From contig JAYVHB010000069.1 of assembly GCA_043771555.1 (NCBI GenBank), positions 1,196 through 65,195 of the forward strand: a DNA stretch of 64,000 bases, read 5' to 3'. Positions within the stretch are counted from its first letter, which is position 1. Each line of letters begins with the position of its first letter. Of the stretch, positions 47,944-57,428 are shown piece by piece. The notes under the pieces are model-generated. The model was not told the origin of the DNA, ran no database searches, and saw only the letters and a program-made list of their open reading frames with translations. Source of the DNA: Flavobacterium sp. (GTDB lineage: Bacteria; Bacteroidota; Bacteroidia; Flavobacteriales; Flavobacteriaceae). The position numbers were made by a program, and so were the translations under genes.

Positions 47944-50577
47944 TTACTTCAAACTAGCCAAACTTTGTTCGATGGTGGCAATTTTTGCTAACGAATCGGC
48001 TTCTTTTTGACGTTCGTTTGCAATAATTTCTGGTTTTGCGTTGGCTACAAATTTTTCGTTAGACAACTTAACTTGTACCGATTTCAAGAAACCTTGTGTA
48101 TATTTTAATTCTTCCGAAAGTTTTGCAATTTCTTCTTCTTTGTTTATTGAACCCAAAATCGGAATAAAATATTCGTTCGATTTTACACGATACGATAAGG
48201 ATCCAGCTACTTTTTCAGAAATGTATTCTAATTTAGAAATATTTCCTAGTTTGGTAATAACCGAATCAAAATAAGTTGTAACCTTATCGTTATTAATAAT
48301 CTTTAATTCGATGGTATCTTTAAAAGGGATATTTTTATCCTTACGAATCGTTCTAAGTCCAGAAATAACTTCTTTTGTGTGTTCAAAATCAGAAATTAAA
48401 CTTACGTTAAACGGCTTCATTTCTGGCCAAGTTGACACTATTAATGCTTCTGAAGTGCTTCTTTCTTTAATTGTTTGCCAAATTTCTTCGGTAAGAAATG
48501 GCATAAACGGATTTAATAATTTCAGATTGTTTTCGAGCATTTCAATAGCACTTGCAAATGTATTATTATCAATAGGTTGCTGATACGCTGGTTTTATCAT
48601 TTCTAGAAACCAAGAGCAAAAATCATCCCAAACCAATTTGTAAATTGCCATCAACGCATCAGATATTCGGTATTTTTCGAAATTATCTTCAATTTCTACT
48701 AATGTTTGTTGCAATTTGGCTTCATACCATTCGATTGCTACTTTAGAAGATTCGGGTTGCGAAATAGAATCTGAAACTTCCCAACCTTTTATAAGTTTGA
48801 AAGCATTCCAGATTTTATTTGAAAATCCTTTTCCTTGATTGCACAATTCTTCATCAAACATAATATCATTTCCTGCAGAAGCACTCAAAAGCAAGCCTAC
48901 ACGAACACCATCGGCACCAAATTTTTCAATAAGTTCTAATGGTTCGGGCGAATTTCCTAATGATTTTGACATTTTACGTCGTTGTTTATCTCTTACCAAA
49001 CCTGTTAAATACACATTTTCAAAAGGTTTTTTTCTTGTATATTCATAACCAGCAATAATCATTCTGGCAACCCAAAAAAACAAAATATCTGGACCAGTAA
49101 CCAAATCGTTGGTTGGATAATAATATTTGAAATCTTCGTTTTCAGGATCCATAATTCCGCCAAAAACAGCCATTGGCCATAACCAAGAGGAAAACCAAGT
49201 ATCGAGCGCATCTGCATCTTGTTTAAGGTCGGACGACTGAAGTTGGGAATTAGAAGTTTTTGCTTTTGCTAAAATTAATGCTTCTTCAATCGATTCGGCA
49301 ACTACAAAGTCTTCTTTTCCGTCGCCATAATAGTAGGCGGGAATTTGTTGTCCCCACCATAATTGGCGCGAAATGTTCCAATCTCGAATGTTCTCCAACC
49401 AATGGCGATAGGTGTTTTCGAATTTTTTTGGATACAATTTGATTTCGTTGTCTTCCAAAACCGATTTTATGGCTGGTTTTACCAAATCTTCCATTTTCAA
49501 GAACCATTGATCGGACAATCTTGGTTCGATTACGGCTTTGGTTCGCTCAGAGGTTCCAACCTTATTAATGTGATTTTCAACTTTTGCCAACGCACCAATA
49601 GATTCCAACTCTTTTTCGATTTCTGTTCTCACAACAAAACGGTCTTTACCTTGATAATGCAATCCAAAACTATTGAGAGTAGCATCTTCATTGAAGACAT
49701 CTACGATTTCGAGGTTATGCTTCTCGCCTAACGCTTTGTCATTCACATCGTGCGCAGGTGTTACTTTTAGGCAACCCGTTCCAAATTCCATATCAACATA
49801 CTCGTCTTCAATAATTGGAATGATGCGTCCACAAATTGGCACAACGACTTTCTTTCCTTTAAGATGGTTAAATCGCTCGTCATTTGGATTGACACAAACG
49901 GCAGTATCGCCAAATATTGTTTCTGGTCTTGTGGTTGCAACAGTCAAAAAATCGTTTGAATCTTGTATTTTGTAATTTAAGAAGTATAATTTTCCTTGTC
50001 TTTCTTCAAAAATTACTTCTTCGTCGGATAAGGTTGTTTTGGCTTCTGGATCCCAATTTACCATGCGGTAACCTCTATAAATGAGTCCTTTATTATACAA
50101 ATCGACAAACGATTTGATTACAGAAGCAGACATGTCTGGATCCATGGTAAACTTGGTACGATCCCAATCGCAAGAGCAACCTAATTGTTTGAGTTGCTCA
50201 AGTATGGTTCCGCCATATTTGTCTGTCCAATCGTAGGCGTGTTTGAGGAATTCTTCACGAGTAAGATCGGATTTATTGATTCCTTCTGCTTTTAATTTGG
50301 CTACTACTTTGGCTTCGGTTGCTATTGATGCATGATCGGTTCCTGGAACCCAACAGGCATTGAAGCCTTTGAGACGTGCACGACGTATGAGCACATCTTG
50401 AATGGTGTTGTTCATCATGTGCCCCATGTGCAAAACTCCTGTCACATTTGGTGGTGGAATTACTATGGTATAAGGCGTGCGATGATCTGGCGTAGAATGA
50501 AAATAGTTGTTTTTCATCCAATAGGCGTACCATTTGTTCTCGATAGTTTTGGCGTCGAATTGAGCAGGAATTGTCAT
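47944..50577 (-). CDS. valS: Valyl-tRNA synthetase
   Basis: PPPNVTGVLHMGH, DWNISRQLWWG, LDTWFSS, KMSKS and a C-terminal coiled coil; ATG at 50577. Confidence 0.97.
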   Translation of the reverse strand: MTIPAQFDAKTIENKWYAYWMKNNYFHSTPDHRTPYTIVIPPPNVTGVLHMGHMMNNTIQDVLIRRARLKGFNACWVPGTDHASIATEAKVVAKLKAEGINKSDLTREEFLKHAYDWTDKYGGTILEQLKQLGCSCDWDRTKFTMDPDMSASVIKSFVDLYNKGLIYRGYRMVNWDPEAKTTLSDEEVIFEERQGKLYFLNYKIQDSNDFLTVATTRPETIFGDTAVCVNPNDERFNHLKGKKVVVPICGRIIPIIEDEYVDMEFGTGCLKVTPAHDVNDKALGEKHNLEIVDVFNEDATLNSFGLHYQGKDRFVVRTEIEKELESIGALAKVENHINKVGTSERTKAVIEPRLSDQWFLKMEDLVKPAIKSVLEDNEIKLYPKKFENTYRHWLENIRDWNISRQLWWGQQIPAYYYGDGKEDFVVAESIEEALILAKAKTSNSQLQSSDLKQDADALDTWFSSWLWPMAVFGGIMDPENEDFKYYYPTNDLVTGPDILFFWVARMIIAGYEYTRKKPFENVYLTGLVRDKQRRKMSKSLGNSPEPLELIEKFGADGVRVGLLLSASAGNDIMFDEELCNQGKGFSNKIWNAFKLIKGWEVSDSISQPESSKVAIEWYEAKLQQTLVEIEDNFEKYRISDALMAIYKLVWDDFCSWFLEMIKPAYQQPIDNNTFASAIEMLENNLKLLNPFMPFLTEEIWQTIKERSTSEALIVSTWPEMKPFNVSLISDFEHTKEVISGLRTIRKDKNIPFKDTIELKIINNDKVTTYFDSVITKLGNISKLEYISEKVAGSLSYRVKSNEYFIPILGSINKEEEIAKLSEELKYTQGFLKSVQVKLSNEKFVANAKPEIIANERQKEADSLAKIATIEQSLASLK

Positions 50578-50628
50578 ATTATATGTATTAATCTGATAGT
50601 TGATAAAAAAATACAAATGGATAAAAAA

Positions 50629-50729
50629 CTAGCCCTGATGGAAGTGAAAATCCTCTTTTCGCTTTTGCGAAAGAGATTGTAACGAACAGCAGGAAAATGG
50701 TTTATCGATACACCCAAGCCATTCGCTCC
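50629..50729 (-). repeat. GGAGC...GCTAG family structured repeat
   Basis: ctagccctgatggaagtgaaaatcctctttt...aaagagattgtaacgaacagcagga...gctcc. Confidence 0.8.
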
Positions 50730-50872
50730 AAAAGAAAAAATGAATTTGGTATGCTTTTTGTATTTATTGCAAAAGTAAATGATTTAATTTGTTTATAAAA
50801 TTAAGATGTAATAATTTGTATTTAAAATAAAATAAATACATTTACAAAACCAAAAACTAAAATACCCAAAAG

Positions 50873-51310
50873 ATGAAAAAGATTATTTTTGCCCTGATTA
50901 TTGCCTTTAATGTTGCTGCTTTTGCACAAACTGGTCCGAAAATTGAGTTTAAAGATGCCGAAAACACAATAGATTATGGTAAAGTTTATAAAGATAGTGA
51001 CAGCGGTTTGAGAACCTTTGAGTTTACAAATACTGGAGACGAGCCATTAATTATTACTAATGTTCAATCTACTTGTGGTTGTACGGTACCTACAAAACCT
51101 ACAGAGCCTATTGCCCCAGGAAAAACAGGAAAAATTGATGTGAAATATAACATGAATCCAGGCCCTATTAGAAAAACAATTACGGTTGAAACGAATGCTA
51201 AAAACGTTGAAGAAGGTCGTGTTGCTATAAAAATAAAAGGCGAAGTTCTTGTTAAACCAGAAGTGAATATGTTGGAAAAAAAGAAAGGTTTACCAACTAG
51301 CGATCAATAA
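50873..51310 (+). CDS. DUF1573 domain protein
   Basis: Signal peptide; FTNTGDEPLIITNVQSTCGCTVP...PIAPG. Confidence 0.88.
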   Translation: MKKIIFALIIAFNVAAFAQTGPKIEFKDAENTIDYGKVYKDSDSGLRTFEFTNTGDEPLIITNVQSTCGCTVPTKPTEPIAPGKTGKIDVKYNMNPGPIRKTITVETNAKNVEEGRVAIKIKGEVLVKPEVNMLEKKKGLPTSDQ

Positions 51311-51315
51311 TTTAC

Positions 51316-51338
51316 AAGCCTCGAAAGAGGCTTTTTTT
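51316..51338 (+). terminator. Rho-independent terminator
   Basis: aagcctc-gaaa-gaggcttttttt. Confidence 0.75.
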
Positions 51339-52665
51339 ATAACAAATCTTTTAGCAAAAATCTAAATTTGAGTATTTGCCCTTTTCGATCTACCTCAATA
51401 GTTAGCCATTTATCGTCTTCAGATCGTAGTAATTGATTTATTTTTTGAAGTGAAACATTGGTGCTATTTGTATTATTTATAGAAATAATAATATCATCAG
51501 GTTGAAGTCCTACAATTTCGGCTGGCGATTTTGGTCTAATGTTGGCTATAGAAAATATTGGTTTTAATTCGAATTTATATTTAAAATTACTGCTTCCTGC
51601 TCTATTGCCTGCATTGTCAAAAGTGTTGTCTTGATAGGTTGTTGCTAATTTTATGGTTTCGGGAACCCATTGCATTCCTGAATTTTCTAGAGTTATTCCA
51701 GATTTATTATAAGTAAAAGATTCGTTAAAGGCTCCCGATTTTCTGAGATATAATTTTTGATTTGGGTAATCAAAAATCATATTAAATCGTCTGCAAATTT
51801 CGCCGCCTATAGACCCTACTCGACCACGAATCATTGAAATGCTTTTTACAGAAACTGTGTCGGGCAAGGCAACTATCGGGTTTTTGAAACTAAAATTTGA
51901 AAATTGAAAATTGGATATCTTTGCCCTTTTTCCCATAATATCACCACTGAAGCCTTTGCCTAAAAAATCATCGAAATTTTTATCTGGAATTTTTACATTG
52001 CGATTTGCATCTTGAAAAAGCCATATTGCATCGCTATTGCCAATATCCAGAAGCAACTTAGCTTCAATATTATTTTTATCAATTGTAACCATCGTGTTGC
52101 AATAAGGCTTATTTTCTTGAATGTCTAAAGGTAAAGATTGGAACTTTTTGTTGATTTTTTTGCTGATTTTGGAAATTTCTTTTCTTACTATTATTTTTTT
52201 TCGATCGTAATTTATTTCTACTGCATAATTTTTAAAAAAATGATATCCTATAATGCCATTAACAGGAATTCCGACATGAGATGAAAAATTAAAGCTTTGA
52301 TCGAGAACAATATACAACTCATGATCTTTGTCTTTAAAACCATTTGTGTACAAAACGTTTCCTGAAGATTGAAGCCCTTCAATTGCCTCTGACGCGCCAA
52401 GACCTTTGAGTTTTATTTTTTTAATATTATTAAAACTAACTTCGGTTTTATCGTCAAGACTCAATAAAATAGTTTCTTCAACTCCTGTATCGAGAAGGAA
52501 ATTGAGTTCAATACCGTTTACCAATATCGGAATAAAAATAAGATTGTTGATTAACTGAAACGGGATAACAACTTTATCGTTTTTATCTTCAAATTGAAAA
52601 CCTGTTTGACAAAAAGTAAATTGAAAACTTATAAAAAAACCAATTAAAAAAGCAATTCGTTTCAT
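51337..52665 (-). CDS. Retropepsin-like aspartyl protease with PDZ domain
   Basis: FLLDTG and LLLDIG lobes, GIIG; C-terminal SPAEIVGLQPDDIIISIN. Confidence 0.85.
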   Translation of the reverse strand: MKRIAFLIGFFISFQFTFCQTGFQFEDKNDKVVIPFQLINNLIFIPILVNGIELNFLLDTGVEETILLSLDDKTEVSFNNIKKIKLKGLGASEAIEGLQSSGNVLYTNGFKDKDHELYIVLDQSFNFSSHVGIPVNGIIGYHFFKNYAVEINYDRKKIIVRKEISKISKKINKKFQSLPLDIQENKPYCNTMVTIDKNNIEAKLLLDIGNSDAIWLFQDANRNVKIPDKNFDDFLGKGFSGDIMGKRAKISNFQFSNFSFKNPIVALPDTVSVKSISMIRGRVGSIGGEICRRFNMIFDYPNQKLYLRKSGAFNESFTYNKSGITLENSGMQWVPETIKLATTYQDNTFDNAGNRAGSSNFKYKFELKPIFSIANIRPKSPAEIVGLQPDDIIISINNTNSTNVSLQKINQLLRSEDDKWLTIEVDRKGQILKFRFLLKDLL

Positions 52666-52767
52666 TTCTGAAATTTTTACTAATATACAAAATCAAGAAA
52701 TTAAAACCGAAAAGAAATTGTTTATTTCTTTAAAAAATCGGAAATTTGCGTATCAAAAAATACAACG

Positions 52768-53961
52768 ATGCCAAAAATATCCAACAAAGGAAGCCAAATG
52801 CCCGAATCGCCAATTAGAAAATTGGTTCCGTACTCGGAAATTGCCAAGAAAAACGGAAATAAAGTTTTTCATCTCAATATTGGTCAACCCGATATAAAAA
52901 CGCCCGAAGTGGCTATGAATTCTATTAAAAACTTAGATATTAAAGTTTTGGAATACAGCCACTCGGCAGGATTTGAAAGTTATCGTAAAAAATTATCACA
53001 GTATTATATCAATCATGGTTTGCCTATAAATCTAGAAGATATTATTATCACAACTGGCGGCTCTGAAGCGTTGCTATTTGCGATGGGAACTTGTCTCGAT
53101 CAAGGCGACGAAGTCATTATTCCAGAACCTTTTTATGCCAATTATAATGGTTTTTCGACGGCGTCTGGCGTAAAAGTAGTTTCGGTCATTTCGACAATTG
53201 ATACCGGATTTGATTTGCCTCCAATTTCGGAATTTGAAAAATTAATTACACCAAAAACAAAAGCAATTCTTATTTGCAATCCCGGAAATCCAACGGGATA
53301 TTTATACACAGAAGCCGAAATGTTACAACTGGCAGCTTTGGTAAAAAAACACGATTTGTTTTTGATTGCCGATGAAGTATATCGCGAGTTTACTTATGAT
53401 GGAGACAAACACTATTCGGTTATGAATATTCCTGGAATAGAGCAAAATGCCATTATGATCGATTCGGTTTCCAAAAGATATAGTATGTGTGGCGCACGAA
53501 TAGGTTGTATTGTTTCCAAAAATAAAGAAGTAATGGCCACGGCAATGAAATTTGCACAAGCACGATTAAGTCCGCCAACTTTTGCTCAAATTGCCAGCGA
53601 AGCAGCTCTTGATACACCTCAAAGTTATTTTGATGAAGTTATTGACGAATATCGTGAACGACGCGACGTGTTGGTAGCCGAATTAAACAAAATAGAAGGC
53701 GTAAAAGTTGCCAAACCAAAAGGTGCTTTTTATTGTATTGCGCAATTGCCCATAGACAATGCCGATAAATTTGCACAATGGCTTTTAGAATCCTACCATC
53801 TTGATAAAGAAACTGTTATGGTAGCTCCAGCAGCAGGATTTTATTCTACTAAAGGTCATGGTTTAAACGAAGTTCGTATAGCGTATGTACTCAAGAAAGA
53901 CGATTTGATTCGGTCTGTAAAGATTCTCAAAGAAGCGATCTCAATATATAACGCTAAATAA
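52768..53961 (+). CDS. Class I PLP-dependent aminotransferase (aspartate aminotransferase-like)
   Basis: LNIGQPD, CNPGNPTG, ADEVY and SVSKRYSMCGARIG. Confidence 0.92.
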   Translation: MPKISNKGSQMPESPIRKLVPYSEIAKKNGNKVFHLNIGQPDIKTPEVAMNSIKNLDIKVLEYSHSAGFESYRKKLSQYYINHGLPINLEDIIITTGGSEALLFAMGTCLDQGDEVIIPEPFYANYNGFSTASGVKVVSVISTIDTGFDLPPISEFEKLITPKTKAILICNPGNPTGYLYTEAEMLQLAALVKKHDLFLIADEVYREFTYDGDKHYSVMNIPGIEQNAIMIDSVSKRYSMCGARIGCIVSKNKEVMATAMKFAQARLSPPTFAQIASEAALDTPQSYFDEVIDEYRERRDVLVAELNKIEGVKVAKPKGAFYCIAQLPIDNADKFAQWLLESYHLDKETVMVAPAAGFYSTKGHGLNEVRIAYVLKKDDLIRSVKILKEAISIYNAK

Positions 53962-53980
53962 ATTTTGGTGAAAAATACAC

Positions 53981-54008
53981 AAACGTTCTCTATTGAGGAC
54001 GTTTTTTT
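53981..54008 (+). terminator. Rho-independent terminator
   Basis: aaacgttctc-tatt-gaggacgttttttt. Confidence 0.7.
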
Positions 54009-54021
54009 ATAGTTGAATAAA

Positions 54022-54795
54022 ATGGAAATAGTACTAATATCTGTAGTTGCTTTTATTACAGCAATTTTAACTTTTTTTTCTGGCTTTGGGTTGGGAACCA
54101 TTTTGGCACCAGTGATGATGCTTTTTTTTCCAGTTGAAGTTGCTATTGCATTGACAGGAGTTGTTCATTTTTCTAATAATTTATTCAAGTTATTTTTAGT
54201 CGGAAAAAATTTCGATAAAGAAGTTGTGCTTCGATTCGGAATTCCTGCAGTGGTCTTTGCATTACTTGGCGCACTTATCTTGGTAAAAATTCCGAATATG
54301 CAACCGCTTTATACCTATACATTACTTAATAAAACTTTTGAAGTACTTCCATTAAAGTTACTAATTGCTGTTTTTATGATGTTTTTTGCTGTAGTAGATT
54401 TGCTGCCTTTTTTCAATAAATTACAATTTGATAAAAATAAATTACCTATTGGTGGTGCTTTAAGTGGCTTTTTTGGTGGTTTGACAGGATCGCAAGGTGC
54501 GCTTAGAAGTGCTTTTTTGATTCGTTCAGGCTTATCCAAAGAAGCGTTTGTTGGCACAACAGTCGTTATTTCTTCGTTTGTAGATTTTACACGATTGAGT
54601 GTTTATGCTACTCGAATCTTCAACTTGAATTTGAAAGAAAATGGAATTTTATTGATTTGCGCAACGCTATCGGCAATGACAGGCGCATTTATTGGCAATA
54701 AATTATTGAAAAAAGTTACCTTTAAATTTCTTCAATATTTTGTGGCAATAGCACTACTTCTTTTATCAATTTGTTTGGGATTGGGTTGGATATAA
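54022..54795 (+). CDS. TauE/SafE (TSUP) family transporter
   Basis: SGFGLGT, GALSGFFGGLTGSQG; multiple hydrophobic helices. Confidence 0.85.
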   Translation: MEIVLISVVAFITAILTFFSGFGLGTILAPVMMLFFPVEVAIALTGVVHFSNNLFKLFLVGKNFDKEVVLRFGIPAVVFALLGALILVKIPNMQPLYTYTLLNKTFEVLPLKLLIAVFMMFFAVVDLLPFFNKLQFDKNKLPIGGALSGFFGGLTGSQGALRSAFLIRSGLSKEAFVGTTVVISSFVDFTRLSVYATRIFNLNLKENGILLICATLSAMTGAFIGNKLLKKVTFKFLQYFVAIALLLLSICLGLGWI

Positions 54796-54923
54796 TTATA
54801 CCAACAACCAAATCAAATTTATCAATGTAAACTTTTCATCAAATCCCCAAATGAGTTGCAAAACAGTTATTGAAATTGTAATGATAATTGGCTTTTTGTA
54901 TTTTATTATAAATTCTTTCATGA

Positions 54924-55538
54924 TTAGTTATTTTTTATTTGCGAAAATACAAAATACATTTCAGATGCAATCTCAAGGCTTCGTTCTTCGTATTTTTGAT
55001 GCATTAAATCTGTTCCATCAAAAGCTTTTGGGTCATTGTATTTTATTGCAAAACGAGCTTCTGAACCATAAACCATAGGGCAACCTTCGTCTGCGTTACT
55101 GCAAGTCATGATAGCTGCAAAATTACTTGTCGGATTAAAATCATCTGAAAATGTTTTAGAAAAACAAATTATTGCATGCTCCTTTTCATCAAACTTAATG
55201 GCATAAGTTGGATTTTGAGTTTCGGCTAGTTTCTGAATTTTAAAACCTTGATTGACCAGAATTTCTGCTACTTTTGGAAACATTGCTGTAGCTTCGGTTC
55301 CGCCAGAATAGCAAAAAACATTTTTGATATCAAAATGAAATGCCATAGTTTGTGCCCAAATTTGAGCCAAATGACTTCTACGAGAATTGTGTGTGCATAT
55401 AAAATTGAGTCGAACTGACTCGTTATTTGTAATTTTATTTTGAAGGTATTCTACAAGTGGTAATAACACTTTTTTCCGTTCTTCAAAAATAGGAATTTCA
55501 CTAAATGACGAAATAGTTTTGGATAAATTTTCAAACAT
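54924..55538 (-). CDS. arsC: LMW-PTPase-fold arsenate reductase-like protein
   Basis: FICTHNSRRS, SGGTE, MTCSNADEGCP and YNDPK; downstream of arsR. Confidence 0.8.
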   Translation of the reverse strand: MFENLSKTISSFSEIPIFEERKKVLLPLVEYLQNKITNNESVRLNFICTHNSRRSHLAQIWAQTMAFHFDIKNVFCYSGGTEATAMFPKVAEILVNQGFKIQKLAETQNPTYAIKFDEKEHAIICFSKTFSDDFNPTSNFAAIMTCSNADEGCPMVYGSEARFAIKYNDPKAFDGTDLMHQKYEERSLEIASEMYFVFSQIKNN

Positions 55539-55562
55539 TAGTTTAATATTTTATAGTAAAAA

Positions 55563-56036
55563 TTAACAACAACCAGAATCTGGACTACAACAACTAGCTA
55601 TTTGCTCTTGCAAATCACTCATTTTAATTTTTACTTTTTCTAAAGGAAAAGCGCACGAATCTTTTGCCAAGCAATCAGTTTGGGTTTTTGCCAATACAAA
55701 TTGATTGTTTGTGAATTCGAGATTGAATTTTCCAATAGTTTCCTGCTGATATTCTACTTCTACGTCAAGATCTTCGCCTTCAAAAATCTTTTCTGAAGAA
55801 ATTATAATACTCGCCACTTTCTTAGGATCAAGTCGATGCCAATAATCAACACTTGTCCATAACTGAATGGTAGCGTTTTTTTTAATTCGGAACGTATTGC
55901 CGCAATCGGTAAAATGTTTGGTAGTCAAACCTACTTCTGTAATATGAAAATGCGCCGGTACTTTCTGACCATTTTCTAAATAAATTTCTAAAGTTTCTAG
56001 ATTTTCTAATTGTTTTTTAAATTCAGACAGTTTCAT
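55563..56036 (-). CDS. DUF6428-like ars-operon protein with Cys-rich C-terminus
   Basis: VPAHFHITEVG...FTDCG...DCLAKDSC...CCSPDSGCC. Confidence 0.75.
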   Translation of the reverse strand: MKLSEFKKQLENLETLEIYLENGQKVPAHFHITEVGLTTKHFTDCGNTFRIKKNATIQLWTSVDYWHRLDPKKVASIIISSEKIFEGEDLDVEVEYQQETIGKFNLEFTNNQFVLAKTQTDCLAKDSCAFPLEKVKIKMSDLQEQIASCCSPDSGCC

Positions 56037-56061
56037 GATTTTTTATTTTTTGATAGTAAAT

Positions 56062-56385
56062 TTAACAACATTTAAGAGCCAATTTATTTTTGATTATGGC
56101 AAAATAATTTTCAAATTGCGCTACTGTTTTTTCATTAAGACAATAGCATATTGCTGTTCCTTCGATTGTTCCTTTTATAATATTTGCATTCTTTAGAGCG
56201 GCAAGATGTTGGGAAATAGTTGGTTGCGCAAGTGGTAATTCGTTTACGATGTCACCACAAATGCATTTTTCAACTTTTAGCAAATAATCAACAATGGCAA
56301 TTCGGGCAGGATGAGATAATGCTTTAAACAAAATTGCCAACTCATTATGCGATTCAGAAAACGATTCAGACTTGGAAGCTCCCAT
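56062..56385 (-). CDS. arsR: ArsR/SmtB-family repressor
   Basis: KALSHPARIAI, CICGDI, LAQPTISQHL and C-terminal CC. Confidence 0.9.
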   Translation of the reverse strand: MGASKSESFSESHNELAILFKALSHPARIAIVDYLLKVEKCICGDIVNELPLAQPTISQHLAALKNANIIKGTIEGTAICYCLNEKTVAQFENYFAIIKNKLALKCC

Positions 56386-56399
56386 ATATTTATATTTTT

Positions 56400-56419
56400 A
56401 TATTGCAATATTACGATAT
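56400..56419. promoter_or_regulatory. Candidate ArsR operator
   Basis: atattgcaat/attacgatat is a 16/20 palindrome 15 nt upstream of arsR. Confidence 0.6.
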
Positions 56420-56524
56420 TTAAATGATATGCAATATCTTTTTATGTTAATTTTATTAGCAAAATGAATTTTCCCAATTTGGAAATAATTTCATACTTTT
56501 GAAAACTTAATAAAAACTATAAAA

Positions 56525-57022
56525 ATGGCTTCAATAACACTAGGCGGAAATCCAATAAATACAACAGGTCAATTGCCTTCAATAGGTAGTAAAGCACCTC
56601 AATTTTCTTTAACAAAAAATGATTTGTCAGTCGTATCCTTAGCCGATTATTCTGGAAGCAAGGTTGTTTTAAATATTTTTCCGAGTATCGATACACCAAC
56701 ATGTGCAGCTTCTGTTCGTAAATTTAACGAAAGTGCTAATAAGCTCAATAACATTAAAGTATTGTGCGTATCCAGAGATTTGCCATTTGCTCAAAAGCGT
56801 TTTTGTGGATCAGAAGGATTAGAAAATGTAGAAAACCTATCTGATTTTAAAGATGGTAATTTCGGGAAAGCGTACGGATTAGAGATTGCCGATAGTGTTT
56901 TGGCAGGATTACACTCTAGAGTTGTACTTGTGCTTGATGAAAACGGAATTGTAACGTATGCCGAGCAAGTTCCAGAAATTGCCGACGAACCAAACTATGA
57001 AGCAGCATTAGCGGCACTTTAA
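56525..57022 (+). CDS. tpx: Thiol peroxidase (atypical 2-Cys peroxiredoxin)
   Basis: NIFPSIDTPTCAASVRKFN, SRDLPFAQKRFC and EPNYEAAL. Confidence 0.95.
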   Translation: MASITLGGNPINTTGQLPSIGSKAPQFSLTKNDLSVVSLADYSGSKVVLNIFPSIDTPTCAASVRKFNESANKLNNIKVLCVSRDLPFAQKRFCGSEGLENVENLSDFKDGNFGKAYGLEIADSVLAGLHSRVVLVLDENGIVTYAEQVPEIADEPNYEAALAAL

Positions 57023-57029
57023 TACGGAT

Positions 57030-57404
57030 ATGAAATTCGAAAAAGACAACACTTTTTTTACAGGAAGACTTAAAAGTATTGGTTTTGCTATAAAAGGAGC
57101 TATAAAACTAATTACTACAGAGCATAGTGTGATGGTGCAATCGTCGTTAACGGTCATCCTTACTATACTAGGTTTTTATTTTCAAATTTCAAAAACCGAT
57201 TGGATGTTTCAAATTCTCGCTATGGGTTTGGTTTTGAGTATCGAAGGTTTGAATACTGCCGTCGAAAAAATTGCCGATTTTATCCATCCCGATTTTCATT
57301 CTCGCATTGGTTTTATCAAAGATATCGCCGCTGGAGCCGTTTTATTTGCAGCAACTACAGCTATAATTATTATTTTAATGATTTATATTCCAATATTTAT
57401 TTAA
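57030..57404 (+). CDS. dgkA: Diacylglycerol/undecaprenol kinase family protein
   Basis: EGLNTAVEKIAD...KDIAAGAV. Confidence 0.88.
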   Translation: MKFEKDNTFFTGRLKSIGFAIKGAIKLITTEHSVMVQSSLTVILTILGFYFQISKTDWMFQILAMGLVLSIEGLNTAVEKIADFIHPDFHSRIGFIKDIAAGAVLFAATTAIIIILMIYIPIFI

Positions 57405-57428
57405 TTTTTTAAGTTCCTAATTCCTAGA

